DNA from: Isurus oxyrinchus
Lineage: Eukaryota
Assembly (NCBI GenBank): GCA_026770705.1
Contig: JANJGN010000071.1
Span: 744,001 to 808,000 of the forward strand
Length of the DNA stretch: 64,000 nucleotides
Reading direction: 5' to 3'
Positions within the stretch are counted from its first letter, which is position 1. Every line of letters begins with the position of its first letter. Shown one piece after another: positions 11,354 to 23,716 of the stretch. Under the pieces are notes generated by a model. The model saw nothing but the letters and a program-made list of their open reading frames with translations. It made no database searches and was not told the origin of the DNA. Position numbers and translations under genes: made by a program.

Positions 11354-11619
11354 CTTCAGTTCCTCATCTAAATGGAAATGATAAAGACAGAGACTTTTTC
11401 AGAAATTGTCCCTAGCGTTTCTTCCTCAAACAACAACTTGTGTTTAAATGGCACCTTTCAGGGAATTAAACAGCCCCAGGGAATAAACTAACGTCAAGAC
11501 AAGGAAGGAGAGATTGAGAAGGGACATCGCAAACTGATTCACCAAACACAGCAAAAATTCATTGTTCCCTCACTCCCTGTGCTGGGTGTCCAGCTTTTTC
11601 TCTCAGTGAGTTTAGCCCT

Positions 11620-13300
11620 CACAATCTGTCTCTATCACACTCTTCTGCTCTATCTCTCTCTCTCACACACACATTCTCTCTCTAACACTCACAATCTCTC
11701 TCTATCACACTCTTCTGCTCTATCTCTCTCTCTCTCTCACACACACACATTCTCTCTCTAACACTCACAATCTCTCTCTATCGCACTCTTCTGCTCTATC
11801 TCTCTCTCTCAAACACACTCATTCTCTCTCTAACACTCACATTCTCTCTCTATCGCACTCTTCTGCTCTATCTCTCTCTCTCTCACACACATTCTCTCTC
11901 TAACACTCACAATCTCTCTCTATCACACTCCTCTGCTCTATCTCACTCTCTCTCAGACACACGTTCTCTCTCTAACACTCACAATCTCTCTCTATCGCAC
12001 TCTTCTGCTCTATCTCTCTCTCTCAAACACACTCATTCTCTCTCTAACACTCACAATCTCTCTCTATCACACTCTTCTGCTCTATCTCTCTCTCACACAC
12101 ACACATTCTCTCTCTAACACTCACAATCTCTCTCTATCACACTCTTCTGCTCTATCTCTCTCTCTCACACACACACATTCTCTCTCTAACACTCACAATC
12201 TCTCTCTATCGCACTCTTCTGCTCTATCTCTCTCTCTCACACACACACATTCTCTGTCTAACACTCACAATCTCTCTCTATCGCACTCCTCTGCTCGATC
12301 TCTCTCTCACACACACACATTCTCTCTCTAACACTCACATTCTCTCTCTAACAATCACAATCTCTCTCTATCACACTCTTCTGCTCTATCTCTCTCTCTC
12401 TCACACACACACATTCTCTCTCTAACAAACACAATCTCTCTCTATCGCACTCTTCTGCTCTCTCTCTCTCTCACACACACACACACATTCTCTCTCTAAC
12501 ACTCACAATCTCTCTCTATCGCACTCTTCTGCTCTATCTCTCTCTCTCACACACATATTGTCTCTCTAACACTCACAATCTCTCTCTATCACACTCTTCT
12601 GCTCTATCTCTCTCTCTCTCACACACACATATTCTCTCTCTAACACTCACAATCTCTCTCTATCACACTCTTCTGCTCTATCTCTCTCTCTCTCACACAC
12701 ACATATTCTCTCTCTAACACTCACAATCTCTCTCTATCGCACTCTTCTGCTCTATCTCTCTCACACACACACATTCTCTCTCTAACACTCACAATCTCTC
12801 TCTATCACCCTCTTCTGCTCTATCTCTCTCTCTCACACACACACATTCTCTCTCTAACACTCACAATCTCTCTCTATCGCACTCTACTGCTCTATCTCTC
12901 TCTCTCTCTCTCACACACATTCTCTCTCTAACACTCACAATCCGTCTCTGTCGCACTCTTCTGCTCTATCTCTCTCACACACATATTCTCTCTCTAACAC
13001 TCACAATCTCTCTCTATCACACTCTTCTGCTCTATCTCTCTCTCTCTCACACACATTCTCTCTCTAACACTCACAATCTCTCTCTATCGCACTCTACTGC
13101 TCTATCTCTCTCTCTCTCTCACACACATTCTCTCTCTAACACTCACAATCCCTCTCTATCACACTCTTCTGCTCTATCTCTCTCTCACACACACACACAT
13201 TCTCTCTCTAACACTCACAATCCCTCTCTGTCGCACTCTTCTGCTCTATCTCTCTCTCACACACACACATTCTCTCTCAGACACTCACAATCTCTCTCTC
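11620..13300. repeat. Compound CT/CA satellite with a ~62-bp higher-order unit
   Basis: Recurring unit ctaacactcacaatctctctctatcacactcttctgctctatc(tc)n(ac)natt. Confidence 0.9.
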
Positions 13301-14734
13301 TCACACACATACATTCTCTCTCTCTCAGACACTCTCATTCTCTCTCTCTCAAACATTTACCATCTCTCTCTATCTTTCTCTTCTGCTGTCTCCCTCTTTC
13401 TCACTCTCATGCACTCTCTCCCTCACACACACAGAATCTCTCTCACACACACACACACTCTCCCTCACACACACACACACTCTCTCCCTCACACACACAG
13501 TATCTCTCTCACACACACACTCTCTCCCNNNNNNNNNNNNNNNNNNNNNNNNNNNNNNNNNNNNNNNNNNNNNNNNNNNNNNNNNNNNNNNNNNNNNNNN
13601 NNNNNNNNNNNNNNNNNNNNNNNNNNNNNNNNNNNNNNNNNNNNNNNNNNNNNNNNNNNNNNNNNNNNNNNNNNNNNNNNNNNNNNNNNNNNNNNNNNNN
13701 NNNNNNNNNNNNNNNNNNNNNNNNNNNNNNNNNNNNNNNNNNNNNNNNNNNNNNNNNNNNNNNNNNNNNNNNNNNNNNNNNNNNNNNNNNNNNNNNNNNN
13801 NNNNNNNNNCTCCCTCACACACACACCCTCCCTCACACACACACGCACTCTCTCTGATACGCACAATCTCTCCCTCACACACACACACACTCTCTCTGAT
13901 ACGCACAATCTCTCTCACACACACACAATCTCTCCCTCACACACAGAATCTCTCTCACACACACACACTCTCCCTCACACACACATCCTCCCTCACACAC
14001 ACACACACTCTCTCTGATACGCACAATCTCTCCCTCACACACACACACTCTCCCTCACACACACACACTCTCTCNNNNNNNNNNNNNNNNNNNNNNNNNN
14101 NNNNNNNNNNNNNNNNNNNNNNNNNNNNNNNNNNNNNNNNNNNNNNNNNNNNNNNNNNNNNNNNNNNNNNNNNNNNNNNNNNNNNNNNNNNNNNNNNNNN
14201 NNNNACAATCTCTCTGATACGCACAATCTCTCCCNNNNNNNNNNNNNNNNNNNNNNNNNNNNNNNNNNNNNNNNNNNNNNNNNNNNNNNNNNNNNNNNNN
14301 NNNNNNNNNNNNNNNNNNNNNNNNNNNNNNNNNNNNNNNNNNNNNNNNNNNNNNNNNNNNNNNNNNNNNNNNNNNNNNNNNNNNNNNNNNNNNNNNNNNN
14401 NNNNNNNNNNNNNNNNNNNNNNNNNNNNNNNNNNNNNNNNNNNNNNNNNNNNNNNNNNNNNNNNNNNNNNNNNNNNNNNNNNNNNNNNNNNNNNNNNNNN
14501 NNNNNNNNNNNNNNNNNNNNNNNNNNNNNNNNNNNNNNNNNNNNNNNNNNNNNNNNNNNNNNNNNNNNNNNNNNNNNNNNNNGTACACACTCTTTCTAAC
14601 TCTTTTTCTCTCTCACAGACTCTCTTTGTCTCTCTCTGTCTCTCTCTCTCTCAGACACACTCTCTCTAATACGGAAGGTTGTGGTTTTAAGACGTGCTCA
14701 TGATTTCTGCTCAAAACCCAGGCAGATTCTCCCC

Positions 14735-15000
14735 AGTGAGGGAGTACTGAGGGTGTGCTGCACTGTCAGAGGGTCAGTACTGAGGGAGTGCTGCACTGTC
14801 AGAGGGTCAGTACTGAGGGAGTGCTGCACTGTCAGAGGGTCAGTACTGAGGTAGTGCTGCGCTGTCAGAGGGTCAGTACTGAGGGAGTGCTGCACTGTTG
14901 GAGGGTCAGTACTGAGGGAGTGCTGCACTGTCAGAGGGTCAGTACTGAGGGAGTGCTGCACTGTCAGAGGGTCAGTACTGAGGGAGTGCTGTACTGTCAG
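14735..15000. repeat. 33-bp minisatellite
   Basis: About 8 near-perfect units. Confidence 0.9.
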
Positions 15001-15769
15001 AACTGTCGTAATTCAGATGATGTTTGAAATTAGCAACATGCCTCATGTAAAATTCTATATCATCAGCTCAATATAAATAGATTAGTCCTGTATGTTTCAC
15101 TTTACTGCAAATTGTTCATGGTTTCATTTCCTTGTTAACCAGGCTCATGTGATGACTATTTTTAAATAATGTTTGTTATTTGGAACAAGGGGCCATGCCT
15201 GAACAGATAACTGTCGGATCAAGCAGCTGGGTTTTTTCTTGAACCTGGCTTCATTCAGATGTTTGCTGCTGGACATGAGATCATTAATGTGTGAATGTAG
15301 AATCGGAGTCACCTCAGTGAACAGCAGCATTGGCTGAACAGCCTGATCTGCAATAAGAACTGCTGAACACAATGTCCGTTCAGAACAGCTCGGTCCCCGA
15401 TCAGAGAAACAGCCTCAGACAGAACCAACTGACGCTGGAATCCATACAATTCATCAACGTGTTGGGAGTTAGTTTGATGTCGGAGATGGAGTGTTACTGG
15501 GAAGGAGGGAACCCGTCAGGATGAACAGCTCGATGTACGACAAGGAAAGGATGAGCTAAGAGGGGTTGGTCACGGACAGACGGAGCGTGTGAAGACTCAA
15601 CAAGCTAATGGCAGGTGAAGAGCTGGAAAGGTGTCTTTTCAACACAAGGTTTAGACACAGAACTCGATGTTTGATTGGGTATTTCAAACCACAGAAACTC
15701 TTTACAGGGTGAATGGACCTTGTCAATAATCCATCCAGCCAACCTCGCCTGGAGATTAGTCCAATATTA

Positions 15770-16040
15770 GACACTAAACCGAGTCCCCCGTCTGCCCTCT
15801 CGGGCGGGTGTGAAAGATCCCACAGCCACTATTTGGAGGAAGAGCAGGGGGGAGATCTCCCCGGTGTCCTGGGACCAATATTTATCCCTCAACCAACATC
15901 ACCAAAAACAGATGATCACATTGCTGTTTGTGGGAGCTTGCTGTGCGCTAATTGGCTGCTGCGTTTCCTACATTACAACAGTAACCACACTTCGAAAAAA
16001 GGGTGAACTCAACTGTAAAGTGTTCTGGGACATCCAGAGA
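15770..16040 (+). mobile_element. Deu-domain SINE
   Basis: ccccggtgtcctgggaccaatatttatccctcaaccaacatcacc core. Confidence 0.65.
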
Positions 16041-17377
16041 CCATGCTGTACAGAAGAGATTTGACAGGAGCAGCAAGTGTTTTACTTACAGGAGAATGAG
16101 TCCCCAGGGTTGTAGAGTCAATCCTGTCAGATGAATGTCTAACTGGAGACACTTCAGGGAGCTGATCTAATTCTGGAAATGTTCAGTTTAGCAGGATCGG
16201 AGGAGAGATGATCTTCCTCTCCTGACTGCATCGGACACGAAGTGAACTGGCTCTGGGAGGAGGGTCAGTGTTAACCCAGTTTTTCTGTGTTTGAGGGAGA
16301 TGTGAAACTGGGGAAGTCACGTGGTTTTTTGGTGTGGTCACTCCATGTCTTTATTTGGTGCAGCACTCATTTAGTTCATGTCGTTGTTTCAATGCTACAA
16401 AACCACAGCGCATTCTGGACTATTCCTGCCTGACCTGCTGTCAGATACACACAGTCTGACAGAGAGGCGGAAAAGTGATCCCTAGCAACGTGTGAAACTG
16501 TAAACTCGGCTCAGTCAGAATGCACACGCAGACACACACACACACACACACACACATTTTCTCTAGTTCATTCTTTTAAACACACACACTCCCTCTCAAA
16601 TACACACACCCTCTCTCGCACACTCCTTCTCTCAAACACATACACCCTCTCTCTCAAACACACACACACACACGCTCTCACGCACACGCTCTCTCACATA
16701 CACACTCTCTCTTTCACACACACACTATCTAACACCCACAGATTCTCTCTCTTTCTTTCTCTCTCACACATAAGCTCTCTCTCTAACACAGACATTCCCT
16801 TTCTCTCACACACACTCTCTCTCTCACACAATTCAGCTACCTCACTCTCTCATGCACACACACTCTACCTCTCTTTTGCTCTCTCACACATTTTCTCTTT
16901 CTCTCTATCCTTCTCTCTCGCTCACATACGCACTATCACTCTCTCACACACACATTGTCTCTCTTTCTCACACACGCACTCACTCTCTCTCTCTCTCTCT
17001 CCAAGACAGCAGGTTGGGGTTTTCAAACCGTCTCAAGGTTTCAGCTCAAAACCCAGATGGATACTCCCCAGTGAGGGAGTGCTGAGGGAGTGCTGCACTG
17101 TTGGAGGGTCAGTATTGAGGGAGTGCTGCACTGTCAGAGGGTGGACACTGAGGGAATGCTGCTCTGTCAGACCTGCCATATTTCAGATGATGTTTGAAAT
17201 TAGCAACATGCCTCATGTATAATTATATATCATCAACTCAAATTAAATAGATTATTCCTGTACATTTCACTTTACTGTAAATTGTTTGCAGTTTCATCTC
17301 CTTAGAAGCCAGGCTTGTGTGATCACTATTTTTAAATAACGTTAATAATAAAGATGCGACAATCCACATGCACACAT

Positions 17378-17413
<36 letters not shown>

Positions 17414-18116
17414 ATGTGTAGGCACATACATGCACATTTACACACAGTCATACACGTGCAAAAACCTACACAGAAACATACACACACTCAACTCACACAC
17501 ACACACTCACACGTGCACACACATACACATACACATGTACACACATTCACTTATGCACAGAAATATACACAAAGACACACGCACATTTGCGCAAACACAT
17601 ACACACATGCACACACAGACACATGCATGCATACTCACACAAACATACTCACATATGTAGAAACACAAACACATAAACATAAACACGCGTGAGGTCCCTC
17701 TTCTCTCTCAGGGCTGCACTGGAGTCTCGGTGTCAGCTCCGATTCTGTGTTGAAGGAAGGTAAACTCCAGATCAACAAGACCCTGAACTGGATGAGCAAC
17801 CTCCTGAACAGAGAATTGTAGATTTACCCCTCAGTGTTCCATCGATCAAATACAATTCATTCCCGTAAATCCCTTGGCAAAATCCTGAGGATGTGAAAGT
17901 TTCTTTCATTCTAGGTGAACAGCACCTCTACTGGTGGGAGAATGTAACTCCAGTTTGACTGTTTACATAGGCAGTGTCCATTATAAATTTGACAGTGGAA
18001 TTTATATGGAGGGAAGGTATCTGGAAATGCATACAGACATCAGATACAGAGAGATGATGCATGGAGTCTTGCTGTGCACGCTGCTTGCTCACATTAAACA
18101 CTTGATTTGTTCTTAG

Positions 18117-18398
18117 ATGCTCCACAGAATCTCACATTTACTTCTCTTGAAATGATTAATGCTTCATCGATCAATATAATTGAGGGGAATTCTGCAGTGA
18201 TAATCTGCTCTGTCGAGAGCTTCCCAGCTTCTAACCTGACGTGGCGACATCTTAATGTCCCAATGAACAGAACAAGTTCCAACAATGAGCTGTGGTTGGT
18301 GATTCCTCACGTTACATCCAGGGACACTGGAGACTATCAGTGTGTGGCAGAGAATGAACATGGAGCAGTGGAGGGGTTCATAACCATCACTGTGGAAC
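18117..18398 (+). CDS. Siglec-like inhibitory receptor, C2-set Ig exon (copy 1)
   Basis: ttcttag|AT...GAAC|gtgagt, 282 nt, phase 1/1. Reads APQNLTF..IEGNSAVIICSVESFPASNLTW..DTGDYQCVAENEHG. Confidence 0.88.
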
Positions 18399-19160
18399 GT
18401 GAGTGTACACAGACTTCAACATCACTCACACACACACACTCACACATGCAAAAACACTCATGTGTAGACACAAACATGCACGCTTACACACAAACATACG
18501 TTCAAACACATACACAGAAACACACACAAACTCAACTCANNNNNNNNNNNNNNNNNNNNNNNNNNNNNNNNNNNNNNNNNNNNNNNNNNNNNNNNNNNNN
18601 NNNNNNNNNNNNNNNNNNNNNNNNNNNNNNNNNNNNNNNNNNNNNNNNNNNNNNNNNNNNNNNNNNNNNNNNNNACAGACACGCGCATAAACACAAATAC
18701 AAACTCACGTGCAGAAGTACACACACAAGTGTGAGCTCCCTCTCCTCTCTCAGTTCTGCACTGGAGTCATGGTATCAGCTCCCATTCTGTGCTGAAGGAA
18801 GGTAAACTCCAGATCAGCAAGACCCTGAATTGGATGAGCAACCTCCTGAACAGAGAAATGTAGATTTAGCCCTCAGTGCTCCATCGATCAAATACAATTC
18901 ATTGCCTATCAAGCCCTTGGGGACATCTTGAGAGTGTTAAAGGATGTTTCTTTCATTCTAGAGGGTTAGCAACTCTACTGGTGGGAGGAAGCAACTGCAG
19001 TGTGACAGTTTACATAGGAAGTGTCCATTATAAATATGACAGTAATTTTTCCTGAGGGAAGGTACCTGGAAAAGCATTCCAACATCAGATACAGAGAGAT
19101 GATGCATGGAGTCTTGCTGTGCACTATGCTTGCTCACATTAAAATCTTTATTTCTTTTAG

Positions 19161-19441
19161 ACGCACCCAGAATCTCTCAATTAATTCTCTTGATATGATT
19201 AACGCTTCATCGATCAATATAATTGAGGGGAATTCTGCAGTGATAATCTGCTCTGTCGAGAGCTTCCCAGCTTCTAACCTGACGTGGCGACATCTTAATG
19301 TCCCAATGAACAGAACCAGTTCCAACAATGAGCTGTGGTTGGTGATTCCTCACGTTACATCCAGAGACACTGGAGACTATCAGTGTGTGGCAGAGAATGA
19401 ACATGGAGCAGTGGAGGGGTTCATAACCATCACTGTGGAAC
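19161..19441 (+). pseudogene. C2-set Ig exon (copy 2) with a 1-nt deletion
   Basis: 281 nt. ACGCACC-CAGAAT versus ...CCACAGAAT in paralogues. Read in phase 1 it reaches TGA at the 13th codon. Confidence 0.8.
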
Positions 19442-20262
19442 GTGAGTTANNNNNNNNNNNNNNNNNNNNNNNNNNNNNNNNNNNNNNNNNNNNNNNNNNN
19501 NNNNNNNNNNNNNNNNNNNNNNNNNNNNNNNNNNNNNNNNNNNNNNNNNNNNNNNNNNNNNNNNNNNNNNNNNNNNNNNNNNNNNCACACATGCATAATT
19601 ATCCACACACAGTCATACACATAGAAGCACATACACAGAAAAATACACACCCATCTCAAACACACACACACATTCATGCCCACACATAGACACACACATG
19701 CACATACTCTCACTCATGGACAGACCTAGACACACAGACACATGCGCATGCGCACACACAGACACATGTGTGCATACACACACAAACACATTCACATGTG
19801 CAGAAACACAAACACACAGATACACACACGTGAGTTCCCTGTCCTCTCTCAGTGCCGCACTGGAGTCTTGGTATCAGCTCCGATTCTGTGTTGAAGGAAG
19901 GTAAACTCCAGATCAACAAGACCCTGAATTGGATGAGCAACCTCCTGAACAGAGAATTGTAGATTTACCCCTCAGTGCTCCATCAATCAAATACAATTCA
20001 TTGCCTGTCCAGCCCTTTGCGAAATCCTGAGGATGTGAAAGCAAGCTTCTTTCATTCTAGATGGACAACACCTCTACTGGTGGGAGAATGCAACTGCAGT
20101 GTGACAGTTTACATAGGCAGTGTCCATTAAAAATGTGGCATAAGACGTTATCCTGAGGGAAGTTACCTGGAAATGCATTCAGACATCAGATACAGAGAGA
20201 TGATGCATGGAGTCTTGCTGTGCAATAGGTTTGCTCACATTAAACACTTGATTTGTTTTTAG

Positions 20263-20544
20263 ATGCACCACAGGATCTCTCATTTACTTCGCTTAATATG
20301 ATTTACGCTTCATCAATCAATATAATTGAGGGGAATTCTGCAGTGATAATCTGCTCTGTCGAGAGCTTCCCAGCTTCTAACCTGACGTGGCGACATCTTA
20401 ATGTCCCAATGAACAGAACAAGTTCCAACAATGAGCTGTGGTTGGTGATTCCTCACGTTACATCCATGGACACTGGAGACTATCAGTGTGTGGCAGAGAA
20501 TGAACATGGAGCAGTGGAGGGGTCCATAACCATCACTGTGGAAC
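20263..20544 (+). CDS. Siglec-like inhibitory receptor, C2-set Ig exon (copy 3)
   Basis: tttttag|AT...GAAC|gtgagt, 282 nt, intact, with both Ig cysteines. Confidence 0.88.
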
Positions 20545-21354
20545 GTGAGTGTGGAGATACATTTGTTTGTTTGTTGTCTCCGTGGTCTCTGTGGAGCCAT
20601 TGGGATCGTGTTGTTTTTAATCCAGTTTTCTTCAATCCTCGCTCAGTCCACGTTATCCACACATCCAATTTTTCCTCTCCCTTTCTGTTTTTGCTCTCAG
20701 TTTCTCCTTCAATGGTTGTGAGGACAAGGCTGTCAGGTCTTCGTTTCCAATCTCCGTACTTGATGAACTTTCTCTCTCTAACTGTCCTGAACAACCCTTT
20801 TAATTGCTGAACTTCTCATTCTTTAATTGATAAATATTATATATAAATGTTACATGTTGAAATGCAACTATTGTATTCATAAATTGCTTAGAAATTACTA
20901 AACATTCAACAGCCAGTGAAGCATTATCGAAGTGAGCTCACTGTTGTAATGTAGGAAACGCAGGTACTGATTTGTGCACAGCAAGATCCCGCAAACCACC
21001 GTGTGATAATGACCTGATAGTCGATTATTTCAGTGAGGTTGGTTGTTACATATGTAGAGACTACATACCCTTTAGGGAGGTAAGCATGTCTCGATGTGGA
21101 TGTGACTCCAGTCTCAGACACCAACATGGTTAACTCTTACCTGCCCTCTGAACTGGTCTCCCAGTTTGGGACAAACCAGTGGTTCAGGAGGAAGACCCCC
21201 CACCACCTTCTCAAGGGGAAACTAGGGATGGACAATAAATGTCAGCATTGCCCGAGAATGAGTATTTAAACACTGAGTGAGTGTATCGCTTCTCGAGATA
21301 CATCGGAGCATCATTGTAAACCTGTAGTGCAGTAATTAATGGCTGTTTTTACAG

Positions 21355-21451
21355 GTAGAGACTCCAGTAAATGGACAGTAGGATTGTTCACGGCTGGGAT
21401 CATGTTGAGTGTTTTCCTGGCTGGAATCTTCATCTTCATCTGTGTGAGAAA
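21355..21451 (+). CDS. Transmembrane exon of the inhibitory receptor
   Basis: ttttacag|...|gtaagt, phase 1/2. Reads RDSSKWTVGLFTAGIMLSVFLAGIFIFICVRK, an uncharged TM. Confidence 0.88.
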
Positions 21452-22145
21452 GTAAGTCTGAAGATTTAACTTGATTTTAATATAAACATTTGCTTCAATG
21501 TTCTTTCCTTAAGTCGGTGATTGTTTCCCTTGTGTTAAGCGCTAGATGCCTCTCCGTAACTGGTCTCTTTTGTCCCTTACGATCCAGACAGTGTTTTTCA
21601 TTGCCCGTTATCCAGATGAATAATAATCAGTTGCTGTGATCTGGAAGGTGCTGCCTGAAAGGGCGCTGGAAGCAGATTTAATAGGATCTTTCAAAAGGGG
21701 AATTGGATAAATACTTGAAGGGGGAACATTTGAAGGGCTATGGGGGGAAGAGCAGGGGTGGAGGGGGGGTCAAAGATATGGCGTGTCATTATAATGATAT
21801 TATACCTTAGGCTTATTTATTGTACAAGAAACAAAGCACCAATCGCTCACAGGGATTGGGTGAGAATGTTAATGATTTGTTTATCAAGACTCGGCACGAG
21901 AACAGTTATACATATGGAGAAAGATTGAAGGCATCAGAGCTGTGAGTGTGTGTTCTGCTCAAAGCAAAAGTCAAACTAAGATTGGATCACATGACACACT
22001 TCCATTATAGTGATGTCACGCTGATATCCCTTATTGGAACTAGAGACAGTCCAGTCGTTGGTGTAAGGTTACACTGGGCTCTGTGTCTGTGCTGCACTGA
22101 CTCTCTGCTATATGATAACCACAGTGTGATATTGTGTTATTGCAG

Positions 22146-22227
22146 GAGAAAGACAGCGATGGAGGAGAGAGTTTCAGGGACCAGTGACATTGTATTGACC
22201 CCCAGTCCACTCTCTGTGAAGCACCAG
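22146..22227 (+). CDS. Cytoplasmic exon 1 of the inhibitory receptor
   Basis: ttgcag|G...CAG|gtacag, phase 2/0. Reads RKTAMEERVSGTSDIVLTPSPLSVKHQ and bridges the TM and last exon in frame. Confidence 0.75.
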
Positions 22228-22439
22228 GTACAGGAGCTGTTTACACTCACTCCAAAGCTTCTATCTCAGTGTGTAGACAACACATGTCCCAGATTCCCAG
22301 CCAGGTTACCCACAGATATCTACCTGTGGAGTCAGATATGGCTCAGTAGGTAGCATTGTCTCTCGCTCCCTCCCCCTCTTCCCTCCATCACTCGCTCTTT
22401 GACCAGAAACCTGAACGCAATAATGACAAGGCACCTGAT

Positions 22440-22840
22440 GTCAGTAGTGAGGGAGTGCTGCACTGTCCTAGGGTCTGTGCTGAGGGAGTGCTGGAGTGTC
22501 AGAAGGTCAGTACTGAGGGAGTGTTGCACTGTCAGAGGGTCTGTACTGAGGGAGAGCTAGACTGTCAGAGGGTCAGTACTGAGGGAGTGCTGCGCTGTCA
22601 TAGGGTCAGTACTGAGGGAGTGCTGGACTGTTGGACGGTCAGTACTGAGGGAGTGCTGCACTGTCGGAGGGTCAGTACTGAGGGAGTGCTGCACTGTCGG
22701 ATGGTCAGTACTGAGGACAGTACTGAGTGAGTGCTGCACTGTCAAAGAGTCCATTTTCAAGGGGTGCTGCCTCTTGAAGGGGCAGTTCCGAGGGAGTGCT
22801 GCACTGTCAGCAGAGAGCACTGAGAGAACATTGCAGTGTT
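22440..22840. repeat. 33-bp minisatellite
   Basis: Tandem units seen directly. Confidence 0.9.
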
Positions 22841-23274
22841 CGAGGTGCCTCTTTCAGAATAGTTGTATAATGCTGACCATGTTTACCATCTTATCTGGTC
22901 CCATGGCCACATTTCCAACACTGTAGCAGTGTCGCCCTTCAATAAAATTCCTTCATTGGCGTGAGGTTCTTTGTGTGTCTGTGTTTGTGAATAATGGGGC
23001 ACAAATCTCATGATTGGGATGGTAACATAGGACTTCAAGACTCAGGTCTGCGATAGCGAGAGAGATTACATGATAAATAGAGAGAGAAAGCAAGAGAGAG
23101 AGAGAGAAAGAGAGACAGAGAAAGAGATTGAAAAAAAGGAGACAGAGAAAGAGAGTGAAAAAGAGGGTTAAACCCATTGAGACAAGACTGACAGTAACGA
23201 GGCTGGAGAATAACTTAACCCTATCAGTGCCAGTAAATGATGTGAGGATGTCTTCTGTTTCTATTTCTCTGTAG

Positions 23275-23523
23275 GGTAAACAGAACGTGCTGATTACTGA
23301 GCCCCGGAACACAACCAGAGACACAACTAGCGAGGGGGAGACCCCAGCTCCCCGGGGTCTCTCTGAAGGTCCAGTAGGAGGCGATGTTGGACATGGGAAC
23401 CCCGACAAACCAGACGAGCTTTTCTACGCCAACATCAACTTTTCAAAGCTGCCCGGCGGTGACAGGACTGTGCACAGGAGCGAGGACACGGAATACACAC
23501 AGATCAGGTTCCAGAAAAACTGA
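23275..23523 (+). CDS. Terminal cytoplasmic exon with ITIM and ITSM-like motifs
   Basis: ctctgtag|GGT, phase 0. Ends ...DELFYANINF...DTEYTQIRFQKN*, matching the ELHYASLxF...TEYSEI layout of CD33-related Siglecs. Confidence 0.9.
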   Translation, partial: GKQNVLITEPRNTTRDTTSEGETPAPRGLSEGPVGGDVGHGNPDKPDELFYANINFSKLPGGDRTVHRSEDTEYTQIRFQKN

Positions 23524-23716
23524 GTGTGAAACAGGGAGCGGGGCTGTGGGTTGTGTGCAGCCAACATGGCCAAATAGTAATGAACAGAAATATGATGTTG
23601 CTCAACTTTTTTTTATTGGTTTTAACTGAGCTTTCTGAATGCTGCACCTTTTTCCATGCTGTAAAAGATTGTGAGAAGCTTATGAATTATGTATAATTTT
23701 ACATCTGTTAATACAA

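Larger units (their letters stand above)
1130..15180. repeat. Left arm of a large inverted segmental duplication (partner 28790-41250)
   Basis: Mirror-image ORFs (for example 9663-10235 vs 32448-32963 and 5666-5908 vs 37542-37784) and colinear reverse-complement unique sequence. Confidence 0.92.
17690..20550 (+). repeat. Tandem triplication of a ~1.05-1.1 kb intron + C2-exon unit
   Basis: Units start at ~17690, ~18730 and ~19830, share intron and exon sequence, and are separated by CA-rich tracts. Confidence 0.92.

Noticed and set aside
11620-13300. CRISPR-like repeat/spacer array
   Set aside because: Eukaryotic DNA, the variable parts are only dinucleotide runs, and there are no cas genes.
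13370-14590. Long ORFs containing X runs (also ~18.4, 19.4, 27.3 and 28.5 kb)
   Set aside because: Artefacts of N tracts and CA/CT microsatellites.
15180-15720. Unique sequence with an FDVGDGVLL motif resembling an integrase C-terminus
   Set aside because: Too short and interrupted to support a call.
18117-23523. Assigning the symbols CD22, MAG or CD33
   Set aside because: Family membership is clear, but orthology cannot be established without a phylogeny.
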